A stretch of 64,000 nucleotides of DNA from Marsupella aquatica (lineage: Eukaryota; Plantae; Marchantiophyta). Made by a program: the position numbers and the translations under genes. The DNA lies in contig OZ316894.1 in assembly GCA_973895155.1 (NCBI GenBank), positions 1,690,457-1,754,456 of the forward strand, in the 5' to 3' direction. How positions within the stretch are numbered: the first letter of the stretch is position 1; each line of letters opens with the position of its first letter. The notes below the pieces were generated by a model. The model was not told the origin of the DNA. It did not search any database and was given only the letters and a program-made list of their open reading frames with translations. Shown in pieces: positions 51,164 to 63,901 of this stretch.

Positions 51164-54100
51164 ATGACAATAGCGAGTTACAAACACAGGTAGCACGGGC
51201 TTTGAGAAATCTAGCCTCCTCAAGACATCACGAGTATCTCGGGCTCAGATCCGACAATGAGCGTGCTCTGGTTCGCCTCGTGAATTGCTTGTCTCGTCAA
51301 TCCAAGCCTAGAATGCAAGCAGCCGCGTCAAGGCGTTTGCGAAATCTGGCTGCTACTGGAGATGACGCTGTCAAGCTGAGAATTGCCAATGCGGAAGGGG
51401 CTCTAGTTGGGGTAGTGAGTTGCTTGTCAAACGATAACAACAAGAAATTACAGTTGCATTCAGCATGGATTCTGGTAGCACTAGCAGGTTCAAAAGATGA
51501 GTCTCTCAAGTTGAGAATCGCCAATGACGAGGGGGTTGTGGTTGGCCTCGTGAATTGCTTGTCAAAGCATGACAATCCCGAGTTACAAGCAACCGCAGCA
51601 GGGGCTTTGCTAAATCTAGCTATTAATGGAGATGAGTCTGTCAAGCTGAGAATCGCCAATGAGGAAGGGGCTCTGGTTGCGGTAGTGAGTGGCTTGTCAA
51701 ACAATAAGAACAGTAAATTACAACTCCGTTCAGCATGGATTTTGGCAGCACTGGCAGCTTCAAAAGATGAGTCTTTCAAGTTGAGAATCGGCAATGAGGA
51801 CGGGGTTCTGGCTGGTCTCGTAAATTGCTTGTCAAAGAATTACAATGTCGTAAATTGCTTGTCAAAGCATTACAATCCTAAGTTACAAACAGCCGCAGCA
51901 TCTGCTTTGCGAAGTCTATCCATTGGGGGTGAGGCTGTCAAGCTGAGAATCGCCAATGAGGAAGGGGCACTAGTTGGGGTAGTGAGTTGCTTGTCAAACA
52001 ATAAGAATAGTAAATTACAATTGCATTCAGCAACGATTTTGGCAGCCCTGGCAGATTCAAAAGGTGAGTCTTTCAAGTTGAGATTCGGCAATGAGGACGG
52101 GGTTCTGGCTGGTCTCGTAAATTGCTTGTCAAAGCATACAATGCTGAGTTACAAACAGTCGCAGCAGCCGCTTTGCAAAAACTTTCAATTGGAGGTGAGG
52201 CTTCCAAGCTGAGAATCGCCAATGAGGAAGGGGCTCTAGTTGGCATAGTGAGTTGTGTGTCCAATGATGAAAACGGCAAATTACAATTGTATTCAGCATT
52301 GACGTTGGCAGCACTGGCAAATTCAGAAGATGAGTCTCTCAAGTTGAAAATCGCCAATGAGGATGGGGTTCTGGTTGGCCTCGTAAATTGCTTGTCAAAG
52401 AAGGACAATCCCAAGTTACAAGTAATTGTAGCAGTGGCTTTGGGAAATCTAGCTTGTACTAAAGATGACGCGGTCAAGCTGAGAATTGCCAATGAGAAAC
52501 AGGCTCTAGTTAGCGTAGTGACTTGCTTGTCAAATGATGACAACGGCGAATTGCAAACACAGTCAGCACGGATTTTGGCATCTCTAGCAGCTTCAAAAAA
52601 TAATTCTCTGAAGTTGAGAATCGCCAATGACAAGGGAGTTCTGGTTGGCCTCGTAAACTGCTTGTCAAAGCATGAAAATGCCAAGTTACGAGAAGTGGCA
52701 GTAGGGGCTTTGATGAATCTTGCCACTTCACAGTCCCTCAAGCTGAGAATTGCTAATGAGGAAGGTGCTATAGTAGGCCTCGTGAATTGCTTTTCTCAGA
52801 AAGCCAATCCAAGTTTGCAAGCAGCTGCAGCAGGGGCTTTGCGAAATCTAGCTTGTACTACGGATGACGCGGTCAAGCTGCGAATTGCCAACGAGGAAGG
52901 GGCTCTGCTTGGCATAGTGACTTGCTGGACAAACGACCACAACCCCCAATTACAAAGACATTCAGCATACATTTTGACAGGTTTAGCAGCGTCAAAAGAT
53001 GAGCCTCTCAAGTCGAGAATCGCCAAAGAAGTGGGGGTTCTGGTTGGCCTCGTCAATTTTTTGTCAAAGCATGACAATAGCGTGTTACAAGCACACGCAG
53101 CACGAGCTTTGAGAAACCTAGCCGCTTCAAAAGATGAGTCTGTCAAGTTGAGAATCGCCAATGAGGAGGGTGCTCTGGCTGGCCTCGTGAATTGCTTGTC
53201 ACAATGTGAGAACCCTGATGTGCAAAGAGAGGCAGTCATAATGGCATCAAACTTAGCTCGTGCACCAGATGGAAAGGCGATCCTCAAAGGAGCGGAAGGT
53301 CTTTTGCAGGGCCTTACAAGCTTGTTGGGAGATGACGTGCATCCGGATCTTCGAAGTTCAGCAGCACAGGCGATTTTTAAAATAGACCCGACACGAGCTA
53401 AGGAAGTGGGGTTGCTCTCGGCACAACTAGATGGCCGAGCGTTAAGGTATGGTCGTGAATTTATCACTGATTTCGGCACAACTCTAGATGGTATAAAGAT
53501 GGGTGGAAGGGAACAAGATTGTCCAACGAAGTGGCCAGTGTAGAAAAAGAATTCCGAAGTAAGTAACGAAGCTAAGGGCAGTATTTGTGCGAGTATTTGT
53601 GCATATGCGATGATTCATGAGAGTAGTTTATCCTGTAGCAAGATGATGTACTATACAAACCATTCCGCCTAATTAGCTGGCTTGACAAGCTCAGTTGAAT
53701 AGAAAAATAAACTCGCCTCGATTCGATGGTTCAACTAGCGGAAGAGTTCAGAATTTCCAGGATTTCGCAGAGTTTTTTCCTCATTTGTCTTTTGATCTGC
53801 CTCGGTTAGCAAGCAAGCGAATTTGCGGCGAGCCTTTTGACGATAAGATTGGAAGGTTTCTTAGGATTGCAAACTCCAACAGAGGATTTATTGTACCCTA
53901 CAATTGGAGACGTCCAAGCCTAGTGGCGTTAGATTGAGTGGGTACTTGAAATGTGGTAGGAGCCAACTTGACAAGAAAGGGTGAACGGATTGAAATCCCA
54001 GTGCGCGTGATTGTTTGAAGCGTATAACTAAAGTTTCATATTTGTGATGCAGTCATAGGATTTTTGTAAAAGCAAAATTTGGGGACTTTGAAGGCGCACT

Positions 54101-54407
54101 GGACGATGCCAACCAGGTAATCACGATGCGGGATGTCGAAAGGCGGTTTGTCTTGCAGGAGAGGGGTGTCTTGAAACGAATGATGGAAGACCTTGAGGGA
54201 GCTCTAGCAGATTTGGACGAAGGATTAAAACTAAAAGCAAATGACTACGAGATGCTCAAGCATCGTGGCTATGTCAAATTTTTGTTGGATGACGTGCATG
54301 GCGCTCGCGCAGATGCAGAATGGGCTCAATCAATCCAACCCTCAAGGGAAGACACGGACTGCTACTTGGGAGGAACCCCGGTAGAATACTTGGGCTACAA
54401 ACTGTAG
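51164..54407 (+). pseudogene. NLR-like copy 3: headless ARM array (14 units plus a partial one) + cap + TPR exon; lacks CC and NB-ARC; one frameshift
   Basis: Upstream sequence homologous to 41.5-41.77 kb is fused directly to mid-repeat sequence at ~51164. 1-nt deletion at ~52137 (AAGCATACAATG vs AAGCATTACAAT). Conserved last intron 53447-54052 and intact TPR exon 54053-54407. Confidence 0.85.
51277..53183 (+). repeat. 14 tandem ~135-bp ARM units, largely alternating A/B types
   Basis: 1907 bp = 14x135 + 30-bp duplication (51818-51877) - 3 - 3 - 6 - 1. A type: LVNCLSK..N..LQ..AA.AL.NL. B type: VVSCLSN..N.KLQL.SA.IL.ALA.SK. Confidence 0.9.
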
Positions 54408-54489
54408 CAGTGGAGATTATGACTCGATGTTCCAAAGTTACTGGAACGGTGTTGGATTTACTGGAACGGTGTTGGATTTGTAGATAATT

Positions 54490-54863
54490 AGTGTAGCCCT
54501 TATTCCCAGTTCTTTGAACATGAATAGCAAAGAAGACAATAAAAAAATTATCAAAATATATTTGAGATTCATATTCTTTGAAAATTAATGAAATGATAAA
54601 AAAAATTTCATCATTTTAATAGTCATATATAATATATCATTCTCCTTGATGTGCACGGGCTTTTTGTATGCACATCCATGTTCTATGCACATATGTTGTG
54701 GTGGGGCCATACTACCTATATTTTTTTAATGTACATGTCATAAGTTTTTCCCATGTATATGATGACCATGCACATGATGACCATAAAGTTACTGTCTAGA
54801 GGCTTCACTCTAGACCCTAGCCTGTGAAAAGTAGACTGCAGTTTGCGCTTTATTAGTAAGATT
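54490..54863 (+). mobile_element. Fragment of the same Helitron family inserted just 3' of copy 3
   Basis: Reverse complement of ~23835-24250 with an internal deletion. Absent at the homologous site of copy 2 (GTAGATAATTGAATCG at ~47325-47340). Confidence 0.8.
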
Positions 54864-57204
54864 GAATTGCACCACTCGGACATTGTGGGATTCGAAGCAA
54901 GGCTTGGCTTGAATCACGATCATGACATGCGATTACCTGTCTGTGGCTGGAAAGCTTGGACTTTGTAGCATCAGATATCCCTTTGTAATTGTACGGCGGA
55001 TCTAATTATATAAAGAGCATACTCAGGCATGGGTCTCAATATTACAGACCAAGAGCTCACTTGGACAAACTCTAATATCAACATGCTTAATTGAAGTTTT
55101 GTAGTACCTTGTAACTTCTGTAGTATTATCCAGTAGAGAAAGAGAAGACACCCTTTTGGCTAAAATTTTCCTGTACAGAAAGAGAAGACACTTTTTGGCT
55201 GTCTTCATCTCTTTTTTTCGACAGCTAGTGTCTCTGGTTCTTCAGCTGGCCCAGGTTTTCACCCTCCTTCGTAGGGCTAAGGCAGTTGATTTTAGGGCCT
55301 CCCGATAGGTTCTGCTTGGTGACCTTGCTATGCGGGGCACTCCGGAGCTCTACAGACTTTTCAGTTCTATGCTGAGTAGGGTGTACCTCATGGCTCCTTT
55401 GTAGGTTACTTTTTGGTCTTTGTTCCTTAGTCTGTTTTTGTTTGGGGACCCCTTGACTCTTTTTTCTTGGGGCCCTTTCTCCTCTTTCCTTTCTCTTCAT
55501 TGGATTGCTTTGCCTTTGGGATCATGTCTCCTGGTTCAATTTTTTTTGCCCTTGGGCACTGAGATATATATTTTGGCTGTGCTTCCAAAAGCACAGTTTT
55601 CTCCTTTCAAAGAGAAACAAAGAGATCCAAAAAGGGCAACTACAATAAGATAATAGTGATGTTGCTTTACGACATATCAGTCCCATCGCATTGGGGGTCC
55701 TTGTTGGCTGTACATTGTTCAGTGCTATGTAGTAATCACTGGAATGATATAGTTAGGATGCAGTTCTGCTGATTTCCACATATCTTTTGTTATCTAGCTA
55801 TATGGTTTGAAATATTGATTCTAAAATATCTCAACTGCCATGAGAGGGAGTAAGGTTGATTGGATTTAGGCGCAAGGAGGGGTAGCATTTGGAGAAGTGG
55901 TCAACATATTTTGAGGGTTTCCTAGAGCTAACAACAGCCCACTTCACATTCTTGTAGTGAACCTCACTATCCTTACTTAATTTTGCCTTCCTTAACTTTT
56001 AGGTCCGGTTCCTTGCTCTCAACTTTGTGGCATTTATTGCAACTCACTCTTCCAATTTCTCAGGGTCTTTTAGGCTTCCGTACATTGAAAGCACCTTTGG
56101 CCTTTTAGGGCACATGCAAGTGCAAATGAGTTACAACCAGAACATCTGAACACAATTATATTATGGTCAAGACAAAAATCCTTATGGATACCTATAATGA
56201 TGCCCATAAGGAGCAGACTTCCAAAAAGTGGATGCATATAACTTGAGAATCTCATCATTCACAGCTAATTAATTAATCATAGCCATAAGACCTTGATTTT
56301 GGCAGTGCATTGCCATGCCTTGGTGACCTTAAAGTCTAAGTAAGACTAACTTTTGTCAATTTTTCAGAAAAAAAATTATCCACTTTGTTTAAATTGCTAG
56401 TAAAACTTGGGCGATCTTGAGTCCAAAGTAACACTAACTCTTGTGGATTTTTCAAAACAGTTTTTCCCCCTACAATTTACCACTCTTGAGACCACAATAA
56501 CACTACTTCATGTGCGCGTAAGTAGTGTTATGACCAACTTAGTGTGACTAACACTAATTAACAAGTAAACCCTGAAATTCCTCTATTTTTCCACTCTTGA
56601 GACCACATTAACACTAATTCGTGCACATGGAAATAGTGTTATGACAAAATTATTGCAACTAACCTTATTCACGAGTAAACTGTCACTCTTGAAAGAATGG
56701 AAATTGAAGCCCAGATAGACCTCTAGGTTTGTCAAAATGCTCCCGGGCATGGATTTTTGCACAAATGGACTGCATTTTACTCACAATGACATAATTAGGA
56801 AATATTTCCTAATATTCCTTAGTAGCCCACATCCTGATTGTGTGGTTGATATCTAAGTTCCATGGGAGCATCATTCAGATCATTGTAAAAAACAAGGAAA
56901 CAGCAAAAAAATTCCCCAGCACGAGCAGAAAATTTCCTCACATGACCCCTGATTTTTCCTATATCCAACTCCTTAGCTAACAAGAACCTGGTTGATAAGA
57001 TACATTTTGGGGATTCCTCTTTTTGGTAGCAAACTTGTTAGCCATCTGGAGTCATAAAAAAACACAAAAATATATAATAGGCAGCAAAAAGCAATAGAAA
57101 TTTAAAATCACTAGTCTTTCACTAACAACACTCTCCTCGCTAACAACATTCCTATTTGCTTCCATTATACAATACCTCCCATCATTTTCCAAATGAATGT
57201 AACG

Positions 57205-57900
57205 CCAATTACCTTGAACCATGTAGACGTGGCAGACTGTACAGTAGGCCTAGCACTAATTATTGTGTGAACCATTTGGACGTGGTAGACTGTACAGGTA
57301 GGCCTAACACTAATTACTGTGAACCATGTAGACGTGGTAGAATGTACAGTCTGCCTAACACTAATTACTGTGAACCATGTAGACTTGGTAGAATGTCCAG
57401 TCTGCCTAACACTAATTACTGTGAACCATGTAGATGTGGTCGACTGTACAGTAAGCCTAACAGTAATTACAGTAAACCATGTAGACGTGGTAGAATGTAC
57501 AGTATGCCTTAACACTAATTACTGTGAACCATGTAGACTTGGTATACTGTACAGTACGCCTAACCCTAATTAATGTGTGAACCATAGAGACGTGGTAGAC
57601 TGTACAGTAGGCCTAACACTAATTACAATGAACTATGTAGACGTGGTAGACTGTACAGTAGGCCTAACACTAATTACTGTGAACCATGTAGACGTGGTAG
57701 ACTGTACAGTAGGCCCCAGTCGACTGTAGTGAGTGTAGCCCTAACACTAATAACTAATTACTTTGAACCATGTAGACGTGGTAGACTGTACAGTAGGCCA
57801 CAGTCTACTGTAGTGAGTGTAGGCCTAACACTAATTACTGTGAACCATGGAGACGTGGTAGACTGTACAGTAGGCCCCAGTCTACTGTAGTGAGTGTAGA
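57205..57900. repeat. 51-bp minisatellite, ~12 units (ACTAATTACTGTGAACCATGTAGACGTGGTAGACTGTACAGTAGGCCTAAC)
   Basis: 51-bp period (e.g. 57309 to 57360). The last three units carry an added CAGTCTACTGTAGTGAGTGTAG segment. Confidence 0.95.
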
Positions 57901-58123
57901 TGAACTTTCTCGATGCAAACGGCAGGAATCTGCTCACAATGCACCATCTCCAATGTCTGCGAACATCAAGGTCCTTCGAGCAAATGATGCACAATCATTG
58001 TGTGCAGCTGAAGGGCGGGTGAAGAAAAAGTGAAGTGAAGTGTAACTGTACTGTACTGGGTTAGGGTTGAAGGATCAATTGATTCATTCAGGGGAGGAAA
58101 CCAATTGCAATCTGAGCTCAGCG

Positions 58124-60317
58124 ATGGTAGCTGCCACGGTAGGACTCTCTTGCTGCCGCCATTCTCCCGCTCTCCAGACCTCCGAATCGATGGCGGGACG
58201 ATTGGCATCCGCTCAGAGAGGAAGAGGAGAAGCCTTCTCTGCTGCCATATCCGCAGGCCTCTTCAAATCCTTCAGCAGCCTCTGGGTGGCGAATTCCTCC
58301 TCTGCTTCGTCTGGCAGGGGGTTCGCTGAGGAGCATTGCTTTCCTCCCAGGCGGACTCTGTGCAATGTAGGTCATGTGGCTGCCAAGAGGGCATACTATC
58401 GAGGCGGAGAGGGAGAGGAAAGGAGGCCGAATACCCAGGTTGCGGTGGCTTACGAGCAGTATGGGGCGCCGCAGGAGCCGGAGAGAGGCGGGTTTCGTCG
58501 ACCCCCGGTTGTGAAGTGGGAGAAGGACTTGGCCAATGCTGTGCAGCTGATTGGCCGTGTGGGGAGGGATATTGAAATCAAGTACATGGATTCTGGCAAG
58601 GTTTTGGCCACTACTTCTCTCGCGGTGAGCAAGGGAAGAAATGAGGAGCCAAGCTGGTATGCAGGTGTTTGTAGAGTCTCAATCAATTACCTAGTGAAGT
58701 TTGGTAGACCGGCTGTTAGAAATGGTTGTAGTGTGGTACTCTAAGCGAACTTATCAAGCGGGCTTAACGGTGGTTCTAAGTTTTGTGGATTCAGGTTTTT
58801 TTTGGAGATGTGGGATGAGCTTGGTGAAATTGCGGCCCATCATGTGGCGAAAGGGGAGCAAATTTTGGTCACGGGGAGGATTGTAATAGAGAAGCGGGTA
58901 AAAGACGAAGTTACGTATACTAATGTCAAGGTACTGCAGTCGTCTCAACCACTAGTTCAACGTTTTTCTTTGCAATCGTAGAGATACTAAAAGAAATTGT
59001 CTTGTATCAGCTCGTGTTCCATTTCGCTCTCAGCATGATTTTGTTGCTTTGGATGGTCAGATTGCCGTGAGCGACCTCTGTTTTGTCGAACCCTTCAGTG
59101 ATCGAAGGCAACCCTATGGTCAGTCCCAGGCGGAGGAAAAAAGTACGGACTCCACTCAACGAAATTGGAATCAACAGCAGTTTTCTAGTCAACCAGCACA
59201 AGGTACTGCTCCTTGGTCATGTGTCTATGATGTTGTCTCTCCCTGTTAAGCCACTCCTTGAACAATAGACTGGATTTTTCGCGCAATCTGTCTATAGGAA
59301 ACCTAGGAGAACGCATCGCGAGGCGAGTGAAATCTAATGTGATATGTGACATCAAACTTTCTAAATTAGCTGCTTTGAGTAAAACGCCGGTAAATGTTAC
59401 CATTCCCTTAATCTGCTGACATCTTCATCACTGATCATTTTCGTTAAGACTAGGATTTAACTGTAGTTGAATTAACATTCCTAGGGAGACAGGGAGGGAA
59501 GGTGGTACCCTTGTGCCAAGCCTTCTTTGGACGCATTGTAGTGCTGACCAAGATCGAATGACCTCATCAAATACTTCCCCTAGGGTTGGTTTTGATTTTC
59601 AAAGTAAACCCTAAACCCCACTACTACAAGGGTTTTTCTCACAAGTTCAGTTTATTACAAACAGGGGCGCCAGTGCAAAATGCATCTTCCAGTAGTGATG
59701 AAGACTTGGCAACAGAAAAAAGATGGCAAGAGTACTTCGCAGACCCGACTCAGTGGTGGGATAATCGCTTACGCAAGGTAAGCCGTTCCCACTCCGAACC
59801 AAATTTTTAGCTTAGACTTTGCAGGCCTGTCTGATTGCTGATATTTACACATTCAATAGCACTTTAAAGTGATTGATGTCCTTTCGCTGTCATGCGTGGC
59901 GAGAGAGCAAATAGGCTGAATGCAACGATTTACTTTTATTGTCTTTTCTTCAGACTGTCTTGATAGATAGGCAGATGATTCGTCCTCGTCCATATTACAT
60001 ATGACTTTGCTTCGAAAGAAAGGGCAGAGCAATGAATGCCATGGGATTCCCTGGTCGGGAAAAGCAAGCGGCGTGCTGTGTCAATTGTTTCATGGATTGT
60101 GTTGTTTGAACAGAGAAATCCGAAAGCACCAGATTTCAAGCACAAAAGCACCCAGGAAGCTCTATGGATAGATAGCTGGAGGAATCCACCCTGGGTTGAA
60201 CAACAGTTGGCGGTGCTGGAGGAAAAGAAAGGCCAACATAAGGGAGATTTTGGCAATTCTAGTCGCTCACAAGACAAGAAATTGTCTTCCTTTAAGGATT
60301 CTGACATTTTATACTAG
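58124..60317 (+). CDS. OSB: Organellar single-stranded DNA-binding protein (OSB/PTAC9 family)
   Basis: Exons 58124-58656, 58795-58930, 59061-59202, 59665-59777, 60114-60317 with compatible phases. Ser/Ala/Arg-rich transit peptide. SSB OB fold LANAVQLIGRVG...WFFLEMWDELGEIAAHHVAKGEQILVTGRI. PDF motif WQEYFADPTQWWDNRLRKRNPKAPDFKHKSTQEALW. Confidence 0.92.
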
Positions 60318-63218
60318 TCCGGTCCTGTCGTCTTGAGGGAAAGTATTGTGTTACAACAGGGAGCATTACTTCTGTGCCTTTTCAGGTATCGATACAACCA
60401 ATGACACAGTGGGCAATGTATATGCAGTTTCATTCACTTGGTAAGTTGTGCCTGGTCCCGCAGGCCTTATTTGTATAGTACAAACGATATTGTTAGAGGA
60501 GATGGTTTATCGTAGAGTTTGCACAATGGTTCCTACAAAGTGTGAACAACAATCATTTTCTAATTGCGAAGCTTTATTTGGAACTTTTCTGTCATGCTTG
60601 GCGGCTGATTTTCAATTGAAGTAAAGTGAAATTGTACGTTGGAGACCAATTGGCTGACTAATGTCAGCATGTATCCTTGCTGAGAGGTGCTGGATGTGTT
60701 TGTCAGGTAGACTGTAAATAGACGTGAAACCTATATTCTGAAGAAGTCAACCCATTATTCTTGGCCACCTAGGCTCCTTGTCTTTCATGTCGTATTTCAT
60801 GTCTTAGGCTTGGAGGGTTGGGTGGAGGATAATGACTTGCCATTTATTTATTTATCTGTATTTCTCCTCTCAAGAGACGGAATTTGCTTGTAATGGCACC
60901 TTGGGATAATGTTTATGACTTGAAATTGAGTTCGTTAAAACCTGTTGGAGGAAATGAAATCCGGAGCACCTTTGCTTCTATCAATGAGAACTGTACCGTA
61001 GGAGACCAGCTTTCCACACTCAAGCTCCGTATTTGTTCAAGCTCAAATTCAACCACTTTATTATCCAGCAAAGGGGACCTACAAGAGGCATGGATTATGA
61101 TTTTAGGAAATGGAAAATTACAAAATTGCCCCACAAGTTCTCGAAATGATCAAAATCCTCCTTGTTCACTTTAGTGTTAGTGTTTGCTACCACCAGCCAT
61201 TGAGTATATTAAGCAAAACTCTTTGTAAGCAATGTGCACCATCGTACCACATTACAATATAGGGCATGATCTCTTTCAATCCATTCAGAGTGACTTCTGA
61301 TAAATTGCAGAATTTTACTATCCCAACCAGGGGCGTCCATCAAGTTAGTTCAATTGAAGTACCCTCTTCTTATGTGCTGCAAGTGCCAGTATTTTGTACT
61401 TATAGTTCTTGAACTTCATTCTACAGAAGCCCATGGCCAAGAATCGCCAGTGAGTTAACATTGAATGTTTTGCAATACGTATCCTGAACAGCCTGGCGGC
61501 AGTGGAGGGTTTTCCTGACCTGCACATGCTCAAAAATTGGGGAATCTTACTTAGAGTTACGTTGTACGACCCAATTTGAGACCTGTGATTTCTTCCAGCA
61601 TATGTGATGTAACGAGGACTTCATTACAAATTCTATGAATACACAAGTATATCGTCACGCTCATTTGAGGGTTTTGGTGTGATACTTATTTACGTCAATG
61701 GGTTTCAGATCTATACTGCGTCAATCATTTTGACAATGTACCTCTACACTCCCTTCGTTGCCGTCAATCGTCCAATTTCCCGTTAAGATCATCTTCCTTG
61801 TTAGCACTACTTGTACCAAACAGTTGTACTCAGACGGTTTGACAACTTCTACTAACGAAGGCTCGCAGACACCATGTAGGTGACTCGCAACATTTGGAAT
61901 GAACAAGATGAAGAAGAAATCACACAAATTGAAGCCATAGTGCTCTAAGGGGGTCATGCACAGGCAGAAAACCCTCATTGAACTACTGCCGTTTCTTGTG
62001 CATTACCCAAGTTGGCCAAATCTATCTGATTCCTTCACAGTGTTTCCTTCCAATTAAACCCAAAAGTTATTTTGGGTTTAGTAGGAAGGAAAATTGATAA
62101 GCCATCCAATAGGACCCACTTCATCTTCAGACCCAGTTCTGACATTAAAGCTCCCATTACATGTATTTTCTGAAACACCTGGACAGGCTCATTTGATTAT
62201 GAAGATGGGGCTTAAGATGAAGAGCCAACCCAGCTCAACCTGACACACAAATGACCATACATCATCTAATAAAGCTCATGGGCGTTAATATTGAAACACT
62301 TCCAACAAGAACAGCACGAGTCGCAGTTCCAGAAAATCCATCCGATTTTGTTTTTCTTTAACGATTTGATTCAGGGATTCAAACTATCCTTCCAAGCATG
62401 GCTCCAGCTGACAATTAAGAAAATATGGTGACTCACAGGCCAGAAACTTTTGTCAACCTGTCTTGCTCAAGAGAAAGCTGTGCACTTAAATTCAGTATCC
62501 AGTTCTGATCCTGAATCTAATTTAAAATTTGCAGAACTAGAAAATAATAAGGTGACCAGCCAACACACTTGCCCAACGAATTCAGGAGAAAAAGCCAAAC
62601 TCGTTGCAGAAGCTTGTACTCCAGTTTGTGTAGTATTCATGCACTATACTAGTATAGTCACCCATCATCACATGCCCGATAACAAATAATAACCCAAGGA
62701 CAAGTAAATTCATTAACAAGGTGACACTCTTTCCGACATGTCAGCTTGTTGCCATTTTCATGTGGCCACGTTGTACTTAAAAGATCATTTGCTACATGCC
62801 CACATCGTTTCCATTTATTCCTTTCCTGACATGTACTAGTGGAAAACGTCTTGAAGTAAGCCACATTTCCGAGGAGATTTCAAATTATAAGAAACCATCA
62901 AAAACATTGACAGCCGAAGACCGCAATTATTGAAGCTCAGACCAGTCCCTACAATCAAGGACCTACCCACATCGATTCTACCTGCTACGAGCTTCAGACA
63001 CTTCCTATTATGTAGGTTTCTACAAAAATGAGGGATGATCAGAAACTTACTCTTAAACCTTGGTTCTAATGCCCTGCGTATGGAAAAGAATAGTGAAGGA
63101 CAGAATGTACATTCGGTGCAGAAACACAGCAAATAACCCTCTACAATGGCTTCATTGGATATACATCATATATATTTATTCAAATGCAAGTGTTTAATTG
63201 GCAGCCTTGGCAGCCGTT

Positions 63219-63901
63219 TTACCGTCTTTGGTCAGCACGTGTTTTTCCTTCAAAAAATTCGCTTAGAAGTCGGGCCAAGTCTTCGGGAGTGTACTTGATG
63301 TACTTCTGTGGATTCTTCCAATTTTCGAGCATAGGACTGCAACGGTGATTACGTTGTCAGAAGACCATCCCAAGGATTGTCAGAGAGCAAGGGAGACAAG
63401 GGGGGAAAGGAGGAGGAACTATCATTCACAATACAGCATGTGTGGACTTCTACACAACATCTTCCAAGGATCTCATGTCCTACTATCCAAGATATCCAGA
63501 TTCAATCTATCATCCGTCCGGCCAGACCTTACAAACTAGCCTTATAATTTGCTGGATTTCTACCTGACCCTTAGGATGCCTTCACACAATTAGCTCGCCA
63601 AAAGGTTGACTTATGAAAAAAAAATTGAACAAACATTTCCGAAGCTTTTTAAGAGATAGTCCGGACGTTTCTGTCAACTAAGAACCACACGAAAACAGAA
63701 GTTTCAAATAAAGACTAGTATAGAATGAAGCTGAAACAAAGAATGTTCAAGTACCTGTATCGCTTGAGAAAGGAACGATAAGCAGGCAGCAAAACTTCCT
63801 CCACTGCCAACCGGACCGCATCACGGAGCTCGGGATCTGGAATGGTCCACTGGGACTGTCTCACGTGCAGATCCTCAAAGACTAAGTTGAAATTTTTGAA
63901 T
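63219..63901 (-). CDS. EXO70A: Exocyst subunit Exo70A, last two exons (gene continues beyond the window)
   Basis: Exons 63901-63755 and 63336-63219 read FKNFNLVFEDLHVRQSQWTIPDPELRDAVRLAVEEVLLPAYRSFLKRYS|PMLENWKNPQKYIKYTPEDLARLLSEFFEGKTRADQRR*, the Exo70A1-type C-terminus. Confidence 0.92.

Larger units (their letters stand above)
28270..55660 (+). repeat. Three-unit tandem segmental duplication (~28.3-36.0 kb, ~40.7-48.0 kb, ~49.8-55.7 kb)
   Basis: Shared upstream blocks (e.g. TCTTGGACTTTTCT at ~28375, ~40840 and ~49833; CGGATCTC..GAAGA.CATGGCCGTG at ~28520 and ~41005), homologous introns and homologous 3' flanks. Confidence 0.85.

Noticed and set aside
53695-53937. 80-aa ORF inside the last intron of copy 3
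   Set aside because: The homologous intron sequence in copies 1 and 2 has stops and frameshifts, and no domain is recognisable.
57156-57573. Cys-rich 17-aa repeat ORFs (PNTNYCEPCRRGRMYSL)
   Set aside because: Translations of the 51-bp minisatellite. Several frames are open, indels break frame between units, and there is no credible start context.
57205-57900. CRISPR-like appearance of this repeat and of the 21750-22440 repeat
   Set aside because: No unique spacers, no cas genes, and the context is eukaryotic.
60400-63200. Short ORFs between OSB and Exo70A
   Set aside because: No recognisable domains or consistent exon structure; likely UTR or intergenic sequence.
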